This document shows, one piece after another, positions 51,205 to 63,274 of a stretch of DNA of 64,000 nt. The notes below the pieces were generated by a model. That model saw only the letters and a list, made by a program, of their open reading frames with translations, made no database searches and was not told the origin of the DNA. Where the stretch lies: positions 2,265 to 66,264 of the forward strand of contig CAMKGA010000005.1 in assembly GCA_946412015.1 (NCBI GenBank), in the 5' to 3' direction. Every line of letters starts with the position of its first letter. Position 1 is the stretch's first letter. The position numbers and the translations under genes are program-made. The DNA is from an uncultured Bacillales bacterium (GTDB taxonomy: Bacteria; Bacillota_I; Bacilli_A; RF39; UBA660).

Positions 51205-54129
51205 CTATTGTAAATTAATATCTATTACCTCAATATTTTGAGCTATAATTTGATAATTATCTAATCTTTTTTCGACTTTACCTTTAATATATAAAATATC
51301 TCCTTTATTTATTTGATACATACTATAGACATTTGGAAATAATACTACTGTTGTAGAATCAACCTCATCACTAACTGTAACAAATGCCATTTTTTCTTTA
51401 TTATTTTTAGTTTCTATTTCCTTTATACTATCAACAATAACAACAATATCTATATTCTTATTAAAATAATTCTTAATCATACTAATAGATATATTATTAT
51501 TTTTAATTCTTTTAGCAATACTAATAGGATTGTTTTTTAAATAAAAACCAAAATAATTATATTCTATATTCATAATTTCTTTTTTAGAATAATCTTCAGT
51601 TATATTAATTTCAGGAACTAATGCATATTCCTTAAGATCATTATATAATTCTCCATAATTAATTATAACATCCAAATTATCTATAAGTGTTTTTCTATTA
51701 AAGCCAAAATTATCAAAGCATCCCGTATATATTAAAGCCTCAATTACTTTCTTATTTATATTCTTATTATAGCACCTGCTAACAAAATCAAATATATCTT
51801 TAAACTTACCATTTTTTCTTTCTTCAATTATATTAAGCACAATAGAGGTATTAATTCCTTTTATATATGATAGTGGATATATAATTTTGTTATTATCTAT
51901 AAAGTATTTATCTAAACTTAAATTTATATCTGGATTTATTATCTCAATGCCATTTTTTCTAAGTTCATATATATATTGTTTAACTTTTTCTTTACTTCCT
52001 TTATCACTTTCTAGTAAACATAAATAAAATTCTTTTCTATAATGTGCTTTTAAATATGCCATTTTTATCGACACCATTGAATAACCAACCGAATGTGATT
52101 TGTTAAAACCATATTCTGCAAATTTAAGCATTAATTCAAAAACTCTATTTATAGTTACTATATCATATCCCTTTTTTAAACTTCTATCTTTAAATATATC
52201 TTTTTGACTTTCTAGTAAGTCTTTTTTCTTTTTACTCATAGCTTTTCTTAAAATATCCGCTTCTCCAAGAGTATAATCGGCCATTATTTTTGCAATTTGC
52301 ATTATTTGTTCTTGATATATTATTATTCCATATGTAGGAGTTAAAATATCTTTTAGGCTATCATGAATATAATCTATTTTTTCTTTTTTATTTTTTCTTT
52401 TTATATAAGTATCAATATTTTTCATAGGTCCAGGCCTATATAGTGCGATACAGGCAATTATATCATCAAAACAATCCGGTTTTAATTTTGTTAAAAAATT
52501 AATCATTCCTGCAGACTCGAACTGAAATATTCCAATAGTATCAGCTTTAGTGAAAATATCTATACTATATTTATCCATTTTTATCTTTTCAAAATTTAAA
52601 TTTATATTATGATTTTTATTAACCAAATCTATAATATTGTGAATAATAGTAAGATACTTAATAGCTAAAAAGTCCATCTTTAAAAGTCCTATTTCTTCTA
52701 AGTATGTCATATCATATCCACTAATATAAAAATTATCGTGTTTAGTAAGTGGAATAATATTATCTAAATTGGTATTTGACATTACTATACCTGCCGCATG
52801 TATAGTTGTATGTCTTTTAAGTCCTTCAAAATGAATTGCATCTTTATAAAGATTAAATAAATCATTTTTTCTAGTTAAAAAGGCCTGTAATTTTTTATTT
52901 TTTTCATAATTTTCTTTTAAACTAATATTAGAATCCAATAATTTACTTAGTGCATCTATCTGTTTTAAATCTATATCTAAACATCTTCCAACATCTCTTA
53001 TTGCAGCTTTACAGCCAAGAGTCCCAAATGCAATAATAGGTGCAACTTTTTTCTTACCATATTTTTCTATACAATAATTAATCACTTGATCCCTTTTATC
53101 GTGTTCAAAATCAATATCAATATCTGGCATACTAATACGCTCTGAATTTAAGAATCTTTCAAATAATAAATCGTATTTTAATGGGTCAACATCTGTAATA
53201 TTTAAAAGATATGCAACCAAACTAGATACAGCACTTCCTCTTCCTGTTCCAACAATAATATTATTACTTTTAGCATAATTAACATAATCTTGAACAATTA
53301 AAAAGTAATCACTAAATCCCATTTTATTTATAATAGATAATTCATATTTTAATCTATCTTGATAAATTTTACCTATTTTACTTCCAAACCTATTTTTAGC
53401 TCCATTAATACATAGTTTTTTTAAATATTCAAAACTATTTAAAGAAAAATCATTTTTAAATGTTGGCATTAAATTATTATTAAATACTATTTCACAATTA
53501 CAATTTTCATATATATAAATATTGTTATTTATATCATCTTTAATAATTTCATTTTCTAATTTTAAATAATTATCAGAATAATTATTATCAATAAATTTTA
53601 ATGACATCCCCTCTTTTATTGCCTCTAAATATTTTAAATACTTAGTATCACTTTTATTTAAACACATAATAGAATTCATATATAATTTATTATATTTAAT
53701 ATTATTTTTTTCTTCGTTATTTTTATACGATACAAACAATATGTTAAATGCATCTTTTAATTTGTCATATATATCAATACTATCATAAGGAATGATTGCA
53801 ATAAGATCAAAAGCATGTGTATATAAATTATGAATATCTATATTAGATTCTGACTGTAGTGTTGATAATTTTACTAAATTTAAATATCCTATATAACTTT
53901 TCGCATACAAAATAATATGTTTATCATTTATATTAATATCTAACCCTATTATTGGTTTTATATTATTCTTTTTACAAGCTTTATAAAAATCTATTACTCC
54001 ATACATATTATTATCAGTAATAGTTAATGCTTTAATACTATTATTAAGTGCAAAAGATATTAATTTATTTATAGATATCATGCTCGATTGTAAAGAATTA
54101 TCAGTTTTTATATTTAATGGAACATACAT
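51205..54129 (-). CDS. dnaE: DNA polymerase III alpha subunit, DnaE type
   Basis: ~974 aa. It has an N-terminal PHP domain, GRGSAVSSLVAYLLNITDVDP, MPDIDIDFE and a C-terminal OB fold. Confidence 0.92.
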   Translation of the reverse strand: MYVPLNIKTDNSLQSSMISINKLISFALNNSIKALTITDNNMYGVIDFYKACKKNNIKPIIGLDININDKHIILYAKSYIGYLNLVKLSTLQSESNIDIHNLYTHAFDLIAIIPYDSIDIYDKLKDAFNILFVSYKNNEEKNNIKYNKLYMNSIMCLNKSDTKYLKYLEAIKEGMSLKFIDNNYSDNYLKLENEIIKDDINNNIYIYENCNCEIVFNNNLMPTFKNDFSLNSFEYLKKLCINGAKNRFGSKIGKIYQDRLKYELSIINKMGFSDYFLIVQDYVNYAKSNNIIVGTGRGSAVSSLVAYLLNITDVDPLKYDLLFERFLNSERISMPDIDIDFEHDKRDQVINYCIEKYGKKKVAPIIAFGTLGCKAAIRDVGRCLDIDLKQIDALSKLLDSNISLKENYEKNKKLQAFLTRKNDLFNLYKDAIHFEGLKRHTTIHAAGIVMSNTNLDNIIPLTKHDNFYISGYDMTYLEEIGLLKMDFLAIKYLTIIHNIIDLVNKNHNINLNFEKIKMDKYSIDIFTKADTIGIFQFESAGMINFLTKLKPDCFDDIIACIALYRPGPMKNIDTYIKRKNKKEKIDYIHDSLKDILTPTYGIIIYQEQIMQIAKIMADYTLGEADILRKAMSKKKKDLLESQKDIFKDRSLKKGYDIVTINRVFELMLKFAEYGFNKSHSVGYSMVSIKMAYLKAHYRKEFYLCLLESDKGSKEKVKQYIYELRKNGIEIINPDINLSLDKYFIDNNKIIYPLSYIKGINTSIVLNIIEERKNGKFKDIFDFVSRCYNKNINKKVIEALIYTGCFDNFGFNRKTLIDNLDVIINYGELYNDLKEYALVPEINITEDYSKKEIMNIEYNYFGFYLKNNPISIAKRIKNNNISISMIKNYFNKNIDIVVIVDSIKEIETKNNKEKMAFVTVSDEVDSTTVVLFPNVYSMYQINKGDILYIKGKVEKRLDNYQIIAQNIEVIDINLQ

Positions 54130-54286
54130 CAAATCACCCCTAATAAATATCTAAATTTAATTTTATTTTAACAATATACTATATTTTTTTCAAGAAAATC
54201 ATATAATTTTGTTATTTTATTTGACTTAAAATATATTTTATGATAAACTGGATAGGCAGAGAAAAAACTTTGAATGGAGGAATAAC

Positions 54287-54457
54287 ATGGCAAAAAAAGC
54301 AACTGAAAAGAAACCACTTGCTGGTAATAGAAGATCTCACTCATTAAGAGCAACAAAACATTCACAAAAACCAAATTTACAAGTTGTTAATATAAATGGA
54401 AAAAGAGTGAGAATAAGCGCTAGAGAAAAAAGAACATTAGATAAATTAGCAGCATAA
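54287..54457 (+). CDS. rpmB: 50S ribosomal protein L28 (56 aa), not in the ORF track
   Basis: It translates to MAKKATEKKPLAGNRRSHSLRATKHSQKPNLQVVNINGKRVRISAREKRTLDKLAA. This fits the L28 core pattern (GN..SH....T.R...PNLQ......G...RV.VSA...R), and a GGAGG RBS is present. Confidence 0.85.
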   Translation: MAKKATEKKPLAGNRRSHSLRATKHSQKPNLQVVNINGKRVRISAREKRTLDKLAA

Positions 54458-54470
54458 AAAGAAATAAGAC

Positions 54471-55214
54471 CTACATCTTATTTCTTTTCTTTTCCTTTTC
54501 TATTAAATATTTATATCTATTACTTTTATTTAAATTATACTTTCTTTCTAAACTAATAAAATGAAATTTTATTTTTGCAATATTTAACGGATTATTATTC
54601 AGTTTATTTATTTCATCCTTTATTTGATAATAAAGTTTTAAATCTTCTTTACTAACAGATTTTATATCTTTAAGCATTTGTGTCAATACTTTAAAACGTT
54701 GTGCAAAATCATTATTAGTATTATCGCTTTTTTTAGGTGGCTTAATATCAATATTATCACTAGGTATTTGTTCTTTGTAATCATATTTATCTCTATAATC
54801 ATAATTTACAAAATTTGGAATATCTAATTCAACAGTTCCATTTTTATAACCTTCAGTATTTATAATAACACTTATCGATTTTAAAACATCTTTTAAACAA
54901 AGAGAAACATCTTTAAGATCATATTTACTTAGTCTATCTTTTGCTTCAAAATCATTTATCATAAATAAAGCATACAATCTTTGATACATAATAGTTAAAA
55001 ATGCATTTATTTTTCCAATTTTCATACTTAGATATGGTTTTAAAGAAATAATATTATTAGGAATACTTAGAAACATATCATTATTATTTAGTATAACAGT
55101 TCCTTTTGAATCAATCATTTCTAATCCTGCTTCTAATACTAATAAACTTTCCTTTAATGACTCTAATATATCTTCTATTTCTGATAACATTAAATTTCTT
55201 TTTTCAATATCCAT
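54471..55214 (-). CDS. hypothetical protein
   Basis: 247-aa ORF. No motif is recognised. Confidence 0.5.
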   Translation of the reverse strand: MDIEKRNLMLSEIEDILESLKESLLVLEAGLEMIDSKGTVILNNNDMFLSIPNNIISLKPYLSMKIGKINAFLTIMYQRLYALFMINDFEAKDRLSKYDLKDVSLCLKDVLKSISVIINTEGYKNGTVELDIPNFVNYDYRDKYDYKEQIPSDNIDIKPPKKSDNTNNDFAQRFKVLTQMLKDIKSVSKEDLKLYYQIKDEINKLNNNPLNIAKIKFHFISLERKYNLNKSNRYKYLIEKEKKRNKM

Positions 55215-55323
55215 AAGAACACCTCTACTTTAATATAAGTATAACATATTTTATATTAAATATATAAAAAAACGTTTATTTACATACAAATTGTAGTAAA
55301 AAAACGTAAATTAAATATCTATA

Positions 55324-56202
55324 TTATTTTTTATTATCTATATATTTAATTACAGAATTAACAGTATTATCAAAATTATCAAAATCTACATTAAACCATT
55401 TTATATTTAATTGATGATTAAACCAAGTATACTGTCTTTTTGCATATCTTCTACTATTCTGTTTTATTTTTTCAATACATTCTTCCAATGTATTTTTTTT
55501 ATCAAAGTATAAAAACAACTCCTTGTAACCAATTGGTGTCATAACAGCTTTACTTCTAATATTTGTTTTATACAATTTATATGCTTCATCAATTAGTCCT
55601 AAATTTATCATATCATCTACTCTTTTGTTTATTCTATCATATAAATTATTTCTATCTGTTGTAAGGCCAATAAATAAAGTATCATAAATTAATTTATCAC
55701 TTTTTTCTTTTTCACTAAAAGGTTTATTTGTATTCTCCATATAATTTAAAGCACTTTCTAATCGTTTTCTATTATTTTTATGAACTTTATTATTTTTATC
55801 TAAACTTATAACTTTATTATATAATTCATCAATAGATAAGCTATCATAATTATTTTTTTTATATTCAATAAAATCATAATTATATAAAGCAGCTTTAATA
55901 TATAAACCTGTCCCCCCCACCATAATAGGTGTTTTTCCTCTAGCTATTATATCATCTATTACACTTCTACAATCTTTTTGATAATCGTAAACACTATATT
56001 CTTCATCAATATTTTTTATATCAATTAAATGATGTTTAACCCCTTCCATTTCTTCCTCAGTAACTTTAGCAGTAGCAATAGAAAGTCCAATATATACCTG
56101 AGTAGAATCAGCATTTATAATCTCTCCATTTAATTTTTTTGCAAGTTCAATGCTCATTTTTGTTTTACCAACACAAGTTGGTCCTGTAATAACAATAACC
56201 AT
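55324..56202 (-). CDS. miaA: tRNA dimethylallyltransferase
   Basis: 292 aa. It has the P-loop ITGPTCVGKT, plus DSTQVY and GGTGLY motifs. Confidence 0.9.
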   Translation of the reverse strand: MVIVITGPTCVGKTKMSIELAKKLNGEIINADSTQVYIGLSIATAKVTEEEMEGVKHHLIDIKNIDEEYSVYDYQKDCRSVIDDIIARGKTPIMVGGTGLYIKAALYNYDFIEYKKNNYDSLSIDELYNKVISLDKNNKVHKNNRKRLESALNYMENTNKPFSEKEKSDKLIYDTLFIGLTTDRNNLYDRINKRVDDMINLGLIDEAYKLYKTNIRSKAVMTPIGYKELFLYFDKKNTLEECIEKIKQNSRRYAKRQYTWFNHQLNIKWFNVDFDNFDNTVNSVIKYIDNKK

Positions 56203-57236
56203 TACATCACCTTCTTTATAGACTTATAATAATTGTTTATAGAATCATCAATATTTTTAATAAATACATCACTATTTATATCTATATCTAATTTTTTTAA
56301 TATATCTGATAAAGTTAAATTTTCATATTTTTTGGTATTTAGATTATCAACTAAATCAATTATATCATTTTTATTAAGTGGATAAAGCGCTAAAACTGTA
56401 CCTAATATGTATCTATAATCTTCACTAAATACTTTTGCCATTTCAAAAATTAAATCAGATTCATCTACAATATAAGAATTATTAATACAGTCTTTTAAAT
56501 ACTCACTTTTAATATAATCAAATAATTCAAGCTTTTCTTGACACAATTCATTAAAATCATCTTCATCAATAAAATAAAAAAATTTACAAAATAACTCTCT
56601 ACTTTCTAAATCAATAGCACCAAAATGATAATACATTAATATTAATGGATAATTTTTTATAAATTCATAAGTATTGTCAAGCAAATATTCAATAAGCAAA
56701 CTGGCCTTTAGCTCTTTTTCCTTATATCCATTACTAATTAAATACTCTACAGCTTGAATTTCAAAATATCTTCCTATAAATTCATCTAGCAAATATCCAA
56801 TTTTAGTCTGTTTTTTTCCTTTATTACATAGATAATGTCCAAATTCATGGGCTAAATTTATGACATCTTGAAAATTATATTCTCTATCAATATTTATTAT
56901 CCCAAGGCCATTTTCGCTTAAAAAATAATTTCCTTCCTCTTCTTTATTATAACTAAAATTTAATTCACCATTATTTAGAATATTTTTTAGATCTGGAATA
57001 TACTTACAATCTATCTTTTTAATTATATTTTCAACACGATAAATTATATCTATAAATGATAAATTATTTGTGGTCTCATTATCATCAAAATATAAATCAT
57101 TAAAAGATTCATAAATATGCAAGCTTATATTATATATATTATTTAAATACATAAATAAGTATTTATCATTTTTTTCTAAATAATTAAATATATTGTTTAA
57201 ATATTTATTTAATTTTATATAATCATCTTTATTCAT
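56202..57236 (-). CDS. HExxH metallopeptidase-like protein (M3-like, half-size)
   Basis: 344 aa. It has LAHEFGHYL. Its stop overlaps the miaA start. Confidence 0.45.
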   Translation of the reverse strand: MNKDDYIKLNKYLNNIFNYLEKNDKYLFMYLNNIYNISLHIYESFNDLYFDDNETTNNLSFIDIIYRVENIIKKIDCKYIPDLKNILNNGELNFSYNKEEEGNYFLSENGLGIINIDREYNFQDVINLAHEFGHYLCNKGKKQTKIGYLLDEFIGRYFEIQAVEYLISNGYKEKELKASLLIEYLLDNTYEFIKNYPLILMYYHFGAIDLESRELFCKFFYFIDEDDFNELCQEKLELFDYIKSEYLKDCINNSYIVDESDLIFEMAKVFSEDYRYILGTVLALYPLNKNDIIDLVDNLNTKKYENLTLSDILKKLDIDINSDVFIKNIDDSINNYYKSIKKVM

Positions 57237-57244
57237 AGTATTCC

Positions 57245-58267
57245 TTATTTTATAAACATACTATCGCCAAACGAGAAGAATCTATATTTATTTTTTATTG
57301 CTTCATTGTATGCATTTAATATTATTTCCTTACTTGATAATGCACTTACTAACATTAACAAAGTTGATTTAGGCAAATGAAAATTAGTAATAAGTGCATC
57401 TATTGCCTTAAACTTATAACCAGGATATATAAATATGTCAGTAAATCCACTACAATCTTTAAACTCACCATAAAGTGACATAATAGTTTCTAATGTTCTT
57501 GTTGTAGTAGTTCCAACACTTATTATTCTTTTACCTTCCTTCTTAGCATCATTTAATATTTTAGCAGTGTCGAAATCCATTGAATAGTATTCGCTATGCA
57601 TTTTATGCTTAGTAACATCTTCAACATTAACTGGTCTAAATGTTCCAAGTCCTACATGTAGTGTAATAAATACTATCTTTATTCCTTTTTTTCTAATTTT
57701 ATCCATAAGATCAACAGTAAAATGAAGTCCTGCTGTAGGTGCTGCTGCACTACCTATATTTTTAGCATAAACAGTTTGGTATCTATCTTTATCGCTTAAT
57801 TTTTCATGAATATAAGGTGGAAGTGGCATTTCTCCTAGTTCATCTAATATCTCATATAAAATACCATTATATATTAATTTAAATATTCTAATTCCTTCAT
57901 CACCAATATCAATACATTCAGCACTTAATCTATCAGAAAATTTAATAATAGTACCTACTTTAATTCTTTTCGCTGGTTTAGTTAAGCATTCCCAAACATC
58001 TTCATCTTTTTCTTTTAATAAAAGCAATTCTACTAAAGCATGAGTTTCCTCTTTAACACCATATAATCTTGCAGGTATTACTTTAGTATCATTCATAACA
58101 AGTATATCATTTTCAGATAGTTCATCTATAATTTGATTAAAAACTTTATGCTTAATCTCTCCAGTATTTTTATCAAGCACCATTAACTTTGAATTATCTC
58201 TTTTCTTAATTGGAGATTGTGCAATTAATTCTTCAGGTAAATAATAGTTAAAATCATCCGTTTTCAT
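57245..58267 (-). CDS. queA: S-adenosylmethionine:tRNA ribosyltransferase-isomerase
   Basis: 340 aa. It has [20 protein letters not shown] and GTTTTRTLE. Confidence 0.92.
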   Translation of the reverse strand: MKTDDFNYYLPEELIAQSPIKKRDNSKLMVLDKNTGEIKHKVFNQIIDELSENDILVMNDTKVIPARLYGVKEETHALVELLLLKEKDEDVWECLTKPAKRIKVGTIIKFSDRLSAECIDIGDEGIRIFKLIYNGILYEILDELGEMPLPPYIHEKLSDKDRYQTVYAKNIGSAAAPTAGLHFTVDLMDKIRKKGIKIVFITLHVGLGTFRPVNVEDVTKHKMHSEYYSMDFDTAKILNDAKKEGKRIISVGTTTTRTLETIMSLYGEFKDCSGFTDIFIYPGYKFKAIDALITNFHLPKSTLLMLVSALSSKEIILNAYNEAIKNKYRFFSFGDSMFIK

Positions 58268-58321
58268 AAAATCACCAAAGATATTTTAGCATATAAATAA
58301 AAAAAAGAAAACAAAAGTTTT

Positions 58322-59401
58322 CTACATTACTCTACTGCTTACTGGTTCTTCTATTTCTTCACCTCTAAGTTCACTAAGCAATTCCACATTTTGTGCACGC
58401 ATTAAATCAATTTGTTCTTGATTTCTTTTTATTATTTCTTCTTTAGATGAATTTAGATGTTTTTTGAAAAATTCTCTCATTGCATTTCTTCTCGCCTGAC
58501 TTGAATCTGCATAATGTTTACCTTCATAAGAATTACTTAAAATACTACTAATTCTTTCTTTTAATTCATTATATTTTTCAATAGAAACTGTCTTGATTTT
58601 TGTAATTTTTCCTGTTATCTTTAATTTTATTCTACCGGCAATTTTTCTCTTATCACTAATTTCGTGTTTAACTTTTTTAACAATTTTATTCTTCAATTCA
58701 ATAATATTATCTCTTAATTTCTTTAATTGATCAACTGTAATATGTTTTATAAATCTTTTTGATTTTTCAAACTTACGTTTAATTTGTTTTTTTGCAAGAT
58801 TCTTTTTATCTATTATAGTTATTTTCGCCTTATTAACTGCGTCTTTTACAGCAACAGCGCCCTTTAAAGCTACATTCTCAACAGTTAATCCCGCAAGTAT
58901 TGCTTTTTGTTTTAAATTAGTAAATCCAATAGAATTACTTTTTACCTCAATTTGCTTTTTTAATAATTGTAATCTTTTTTTTGAGACTCTTTTAATAATT
59001 CTAACTCTTGCAACTATTCTTCTTTTCTTCCTTTTTATTAAATGTTTCTTTTCTTGTAACGTTACTTTCACACTGTTTACTTTATCAGTTATGTTATTTT
59101 TAATTTCCCCAAAAAAGTTAGAAACTTTACTTTTTATTGTATTTTTTAATTTTTTTAGTCCTTCTAAAGGCATTCTAGCAATCTTAGTTACTTTATTAAT
59201 AATTCTAACTCTAATATTTGATTTTCTCAAATGTTTCTTTTTATAAAATATAATCTTTTTCTTGTTCTTTTTCTTTTCTAAGGAATGTGCCTTTTCAGCT
59301 ATTTTTTTTGCAGTATTTTTATATAATTCATCATTCTTGTTCTTTTCAGCTTCTTCCAGCTGATTTAGCAACTCTCTAATTTCATTTATATCTGGTGTCA
59401 T
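58322..59401 (-). CDS. highly basic Lys/Arg-rich repeat protein
   Basis: 359 aa. It has about four internal ~45-aa repeats, for example KKKHLRKSNIRVRIINKVTKI... and EKKHLIKRKKRRIVARVRIIKRVSK.... Confidence 0.5.
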   Translation of the reverse strand: MTPDINEIRELLNQLEEAEKNKNDELYKNTAKKIAEKAHSLEKKKNKKKIIFYKKKHLRKSNIRVRIINKVTKIARMPLEGLKKLKNTIKSKVSNFFGEIKNNITDKVNSVKVTLQEKKHLIKRKKRRIVARVRIIKRVSKKRLQLLKKQIEVKSNSIGFTNLKQKAILAGLTVENVALKGAVAVKDAVNKAKITIIDKKNLAKKQIKRKFEKSKRFIKHITVDQLKKLRDNIIELKNKIVKKVKHEISDKRKIAGRIKLKITGKITKIKTVSIEKYNELKERISSILSNSYEGKHYADSSQARRNAMREFFKKHLNSSKEEIIKRNQEQIDLMRAQNVELLSELRGEEIEEPVSSRVM

Positions 59402-59403
59402 AA

Positions 59404-59697
59404 TTACTCCATTATTGCATTAACAGCTTCTGTTACAAGGTTAAGTTCTTCTTCAGATTCAATATCATCTAAACTAACAGTATTATCAGGAAGTGTATTA
59501 ACAATAAATGCAGTAATATCAAAATTCCCATCCTCGGCAGGCAAACTACACATTGCATATTGCTTATCACTACCTTCTAAGGAAAATAAAGTTAAAACCT
59601 CTGCTTTTTTTATTGTTCCATTTGCATCAACATAGTCAAAAAATACATCTTCATCTTCTTCTACACTGTTAACTAGTTTTTCCATATTATCAAACAT
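59404..59697 (-). CDS. DUF1292-family protein
   Basis: It starts MFDNMEKL after AGGAGG. The acidic small protein has the pattern DANGTIKKAEVLTLFSLEGSDKQYA, as in DUF1292. Confidence 0.6.
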   Translation of the reverse strand: MFDNMEKLVNSVEEDEDVFFDYVDANGTIKKAEVLTLFSLEGSDKQYAMCSLPAEDGNFDITAFIVNTLPDNTVSLDDIESEEELNLVTEAVNAIME

Positions 59698-59779
59698 TTT
59701 ATATCCTCCTATCATAGTAAAATGATATCACAAAAAAGGAATAATTGCAATGAAAAAAATATCTATTTTCTAGATATTT

Positions 59780-60784
59780 CTATAAATTAGTCAAATATTT
59801 AGCAGTTCTTACCATTTGAGCAGTATAACTGTTTTCGTTATCATACCAAGCAACTACTTGAACTTGATATAAATTATCATCTATTTTACTAACCATTGTC
59901 TGTGTTGCATCAAATAATGATCCCTCTGTAATTCCTACAATATCAGTTGAAACTATTGGCTCTTCTGTATAACCAAATGAATCATTTACATTTTGCTTCA
60001 TATATTCATTTATTTTTTCTACAGTAACATCACTACCTTCTACAACTGCTATTAATATTGTTGTAGATCCAGTTGGAACTGGAACTCTTTGTGCTGAACC
60101 TATTAATTTTCCTTCTAACTCTGGTATAACAAGTCCAATTGCTTTTGCTGCTCCTGTTGAATTTGGAACTATATTAATAGCACCTGCACGAGCTCTTCTT
60201 AAATCACCCTTACGATGTGGGCCATCAAGTAACATTTGATCTCCTGTATATGCATGAACTGTAGTCATAATTCCACTTTTAATTTTATATAAATTATTTA
60301 AATTATTAGCCATAGGTGCTAAACAATTTGTTGTACAAGATGCTGCACTAATAATTTTGTCATCACTATTTAGTATTTTTTCATTTACACCAAATACAAT
60401 AGTTTTTAAATCATTACCAGCAGGAGCTGATATAATTACTTTTTTTGCTCCAGCATCAATATGTGCTTGAGATTTTTCCTTACTTGTAAAAAATCCTGTA
60501 CATTCTAAAACTACATCTACATCAAGTTCACCCCATGGTAAATTTCTAGGGTCAGCTTCCTTATAAATTTTAATCTCTTTACCATCTACTACAATAGCAT
60601 CTTCCAATGCTTTAATATCATGTCCTTCATATCTTTTTTGTGCTGAATCATATTTTAATAAATGTGCAAGCATCTCAGGACTAGTCAAATCATTAATTGC
60701 TACTATCTCATATTCTGTACCAAACATTTGCCTAAAAGCAAGCCTTCCTATTCTACCAAAACCATTTATTGCCATTTTTATCAT
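59780..60784 (-). CDS. gap: type I glyceraldehyde-3-phosphate dehydrogenase
   Basis: 334 aa. It has INGFGRIGR and the active site SCTTNCLAP. Confidence 0.95.
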   Translation of the reverse strand: MIKMAINGFGRIGRLAFRQMFGTEYEIVAINDLTSPEMLAHLLKYDSAQKRYEGHDIKALEDAIVVDGKEIKIYKEADPRNLPWGELDVDVVLECTGFFTSKEKSQAHIDAGAKKVIISAPAGNDLKTIVFGVNEKILNSDDKIISAASCTTNCLAPMANNLNNLYKIKSGIMTTVHAYTGDQMLLDGPHRKGDLRRARAGAINIVPNSTGAAKAIGLVIPELEGKLIGSAQRVPVPTGSTTILIAVVEGSDVTVEKINEYMKQNVNDSFGYTEEPIVSTDIVGITEGSLFDATQTMVSKIDDNLYQVQVVAWYDNENSYTAQMVRTAKYLTNL

Positions 60785-60798
60785 ATTATACCTTCTTT

Positions 60799-62457
60799 CT
60801 ATTTAAAACAACTTCCACCAATAAATTCTCTAATTACAGAATCAATTGGAATATCATCACTAGGGATGGGCAAAAAACTTTTTAAAAAATTAATTAATCT
60901 AAGTGCTTCAGGATATTGTTCATCATCCTGATTTATACTATAAAGTAATGGTTCAGCGTATGTTTTTAAAACACCAACTTCATATATTAAAGATGAATTA
61001 ATTGCTGAATTAACATTGCTTTGATATGGAAATATACTTACCATTTCTCCTTTTTTTATCTCTGGCCACATACCAAGAGTTTCACTCGCTCCAAGTCCTC
61101 TTGTTCTATTATCTCTAACTATTCTTCTTAATTTTCTAATATCATCTGCAGATATTGGATTATGATTATCTATATTAATACTTGATAGTGGGCTTATATA
61201 AACTTTATGTTTATATTTACTATCTATATCCTTAGATAACATATCATTTAAAGCATGTATTCCTTCAACTACTATTATATCATTTTTACTAATTTTAGTT
61301 TTTTCTTTTCTAAAATTACTAATACCCTTTATAAAATCATAATATGGTAAATTTACTTCCATACCACTTAATAATTGATTAACTTGCTCTGAAAATAATT
61401 TAGTATTAACAGCATCTATAGATTCAAAATCATAAGATCCATCTGGTAATTTTTTTCTATCTAATAAATTAATAAAATAGTCATCAAGAGATATAGATAT
61501 TGTATTACAACCTTTCGACTTTAAAAATATGCTTAGTTTCTTTGATGTTGTAGTTTTTCCACTAGAAGATGGACCAGCAATTAATACTACTCTAGATTTT
61601 TTATTTATAATTTCATCAGCCAAATTCATTAATTGCATATCGTAATATGCCTCTGATGTCATAATTATATCTTCTGAACTTCCTTTTGATACTTTTTCAT
61701 TTAATTCAGCAGCATTTTTTATATTAATACTTTTACTAAAATTAATTGCCTGAAAAAATATATCGTGTACTTTACTATCTTTAAATTTATACCACTCTTT
61801 TTTTTCTTCATAAATTCCTGGCAGTTGTAAAATATATCCACCATTTAATTTTTGAATTTTAAAAGAATTAATCTGTCCAGTACTATATGCCATTTTACTA
61901 TAAAAATAATCATACATATCATCAATTCTATATAAATTTATATATGTATTGGCAATATACTTTAACATATTAGATTTGTCATACATCTTTTTTTTATTAA
62001 AAAAGTTTATTGCTTCCAATCTAGATACAGTAAGATGAGTAAACAAATAATCTGAATCAACAATATTTTGAAATTCACGATTTAATTTAGTGGTAATATT
62101 ATCATCAACTTTGACTCCATCGATTTCAAAGAAAATACCTCTATCTTGTGAATGAACAACGATTACCTTTGCTCTTGAGCCTAAAACTCTTCTAACAGCT
62201 AAAAGCAATATAAATCTAGCACTTTTTGAATATACATTGTTTCCATATTCATCATTAACTGTATAAAAAGTAATATTACAATCTTTTCTTAACTTATTAC
62301 CTAGATCTTCAAAATCATCATCAACTTTAGCAATTAAGATTTCACTATCATAATAATCTTTATAAAAATCAGCAATTGCTTTATAAGTAGTTCCTTCAAT
62401 AAATGATTTTGTATCACCATTACAAGTTACTTGATAATACTTATCCATCATATCCAT
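60799..62457 (-). CDS. uridine-kinase-family nucleoside kinase with long N-terminal domain
   Basis: It has the P-loop [12 protein letters not shown] in the C-terminal half. The ATG at 62457 follows AAGGAAGG, and the track's TTG start is unlikely. Confidence 0.7.
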   Translation of the reverse strand: MDMMDKYYQVTCNGDTKSFIEGTTYKAIADFYKDYYDSEILIAKVDDDFEDLGNKLRKDCNITFYTVNDEYGNNVYSKSARFILLLAVRRVLGSRAKVIVVHSQDRGIFFEIDGVKVDDNITTKLNREFQNIVDSDYLFTHLTVSRLEAINFFNKKKMYDKSNMLKYIANTYINLYRIDDMYDYFYSKMAYSTGQINSFKIQKLNGGYILQLPGIYEEKKEWYKFKDSKVHDIFFQAINFSKSINIKNAAELNEKVSKGSSEDIIMTSEAYYDMQLMNLADEIINKKSRVVLIAGPSSSGKTTTSKKLSIFLKSKGCNTISISLDDYFINLLDRKKLPDGSYDFESIDAVNTKLFSEQVNQLLSGMEVNLPYYDFIKGISNFRKEKTKISKNDIIVVEGIHALNDMLSKDIDSKYKHKVYISPLSSINIDNHNPISADDIRKLRRIVRDNRTRGLGASETLGMWPEIKKGEMVSIFPYQSNVNSAINSSLIYEVGVLKTYAEPLLYSINQDDEQYPEALRLINFLKSFLPIPSDDIPIDSVIREFIGGSCFK

Positions 62458-62565
62458 TATATCTACCTTCCTTAATTTATATTCTATCAAAAAGAAAACT
62501 ATTTGTCATCTTTTTTATTGTATAAAAAAATTTTTTTATACTAATATAATATAGGAGATGATTTC

Positions 62566-63135
62566 ATGATTATACCAACGATATTAGAAAAACAAAGTAA
62601 CAAAGAATATGCATTTGATATTTATTCAAGATTATTACAAGATAGAATTATACTTTTAACAGGAGAGATAAATGATTCTACTGCCAATATAATTGTTGCA
62701 GAATTATTATATTTAGACTCAATTAATAATGATGATATTAGTATATATATTAATTCACCAGGAGGAAGTATTACTGCAGGGATGGCAATATATGATACTA
62801 TGAACTTCGTAAAAAGTAATGTAAGTACTATTTGTATTGGAATATGTGCAAGTATGGCTGCATTTTTATTAAGTAGTGGTTGCATTGGTAAAAGATATTG
62901 CCTTTTAAATAGTGAGGTTATGATACATCAACCATTAGGTGGTGCACAAGGACAAGCAACAGAAATTAAAATTGCTGCAGAAAGAATTCTAAAGCTAAAA
63001 AATAAAATAAACAAAATACTTGCTAAAAACACAAATCAAGATATAAAAAAAATAGAACAAGATACAGAACGAGATTATTTTCTTGACTCTAAAGAAGCTC
63101 TAGAATACGGAATAATAGATAGTATACTAAATTAA
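62566..63135 (+). CDS. clpP: ATP-dependent Clp protease proteolytic subunit
   Basis: 189 aa. It has the catalytic Ser region [11 protein letters not shown], the His region MIHQP and an Asp region. Confidence 0.95.
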   Translation: MIIPTILEKQSNKEYAFDIYSRLLQDRIILLTGEINDSTANIIVAELLYLDSINNDDISIYINSPGGSITAGMAIYDTMNFVKSNVSTICIGICASMAAFLLSSGCIGKRYCLLNSEVMIHQPLGGAQGQATEIKIAAERILKLKNKINKILAKNTNQDIKKIEQDTERDYFLDSKEALEYGIIDSILN

Positions 63136-63170
63136 AAAATGTCACTTATAACCGAACAGTTTTTCATTTA

Positions 63171-63210
63171 GAAAGGACTCGAGGATTTATATCCCCAAGT
63201 CCTTTCTTTG
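63171..63210 (+). terminator. clpP Rho-independent terminator
   Basis: GAAAGGACT...AGTCCTTTC is a 9-bp stem with an inner GGAT/ATCC pair, followed by TTTG. Confidence 0.55.
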
Positions 63211-63274
63211 CTTATACGGCATTTTTCTGCTAAAATATGGTTAACTAAAAAAATAATAGAAAGCAGGTAGCCGT

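Noticed and set aside
54168-54374. 68-aa minus-strand ORF from the track
   Set aside because: It is antisense to a well-supported rpmB (L28) gene with a GGAGG RBS on the plus strand. It has a low-complexity hydrophobic translation and no RBS.
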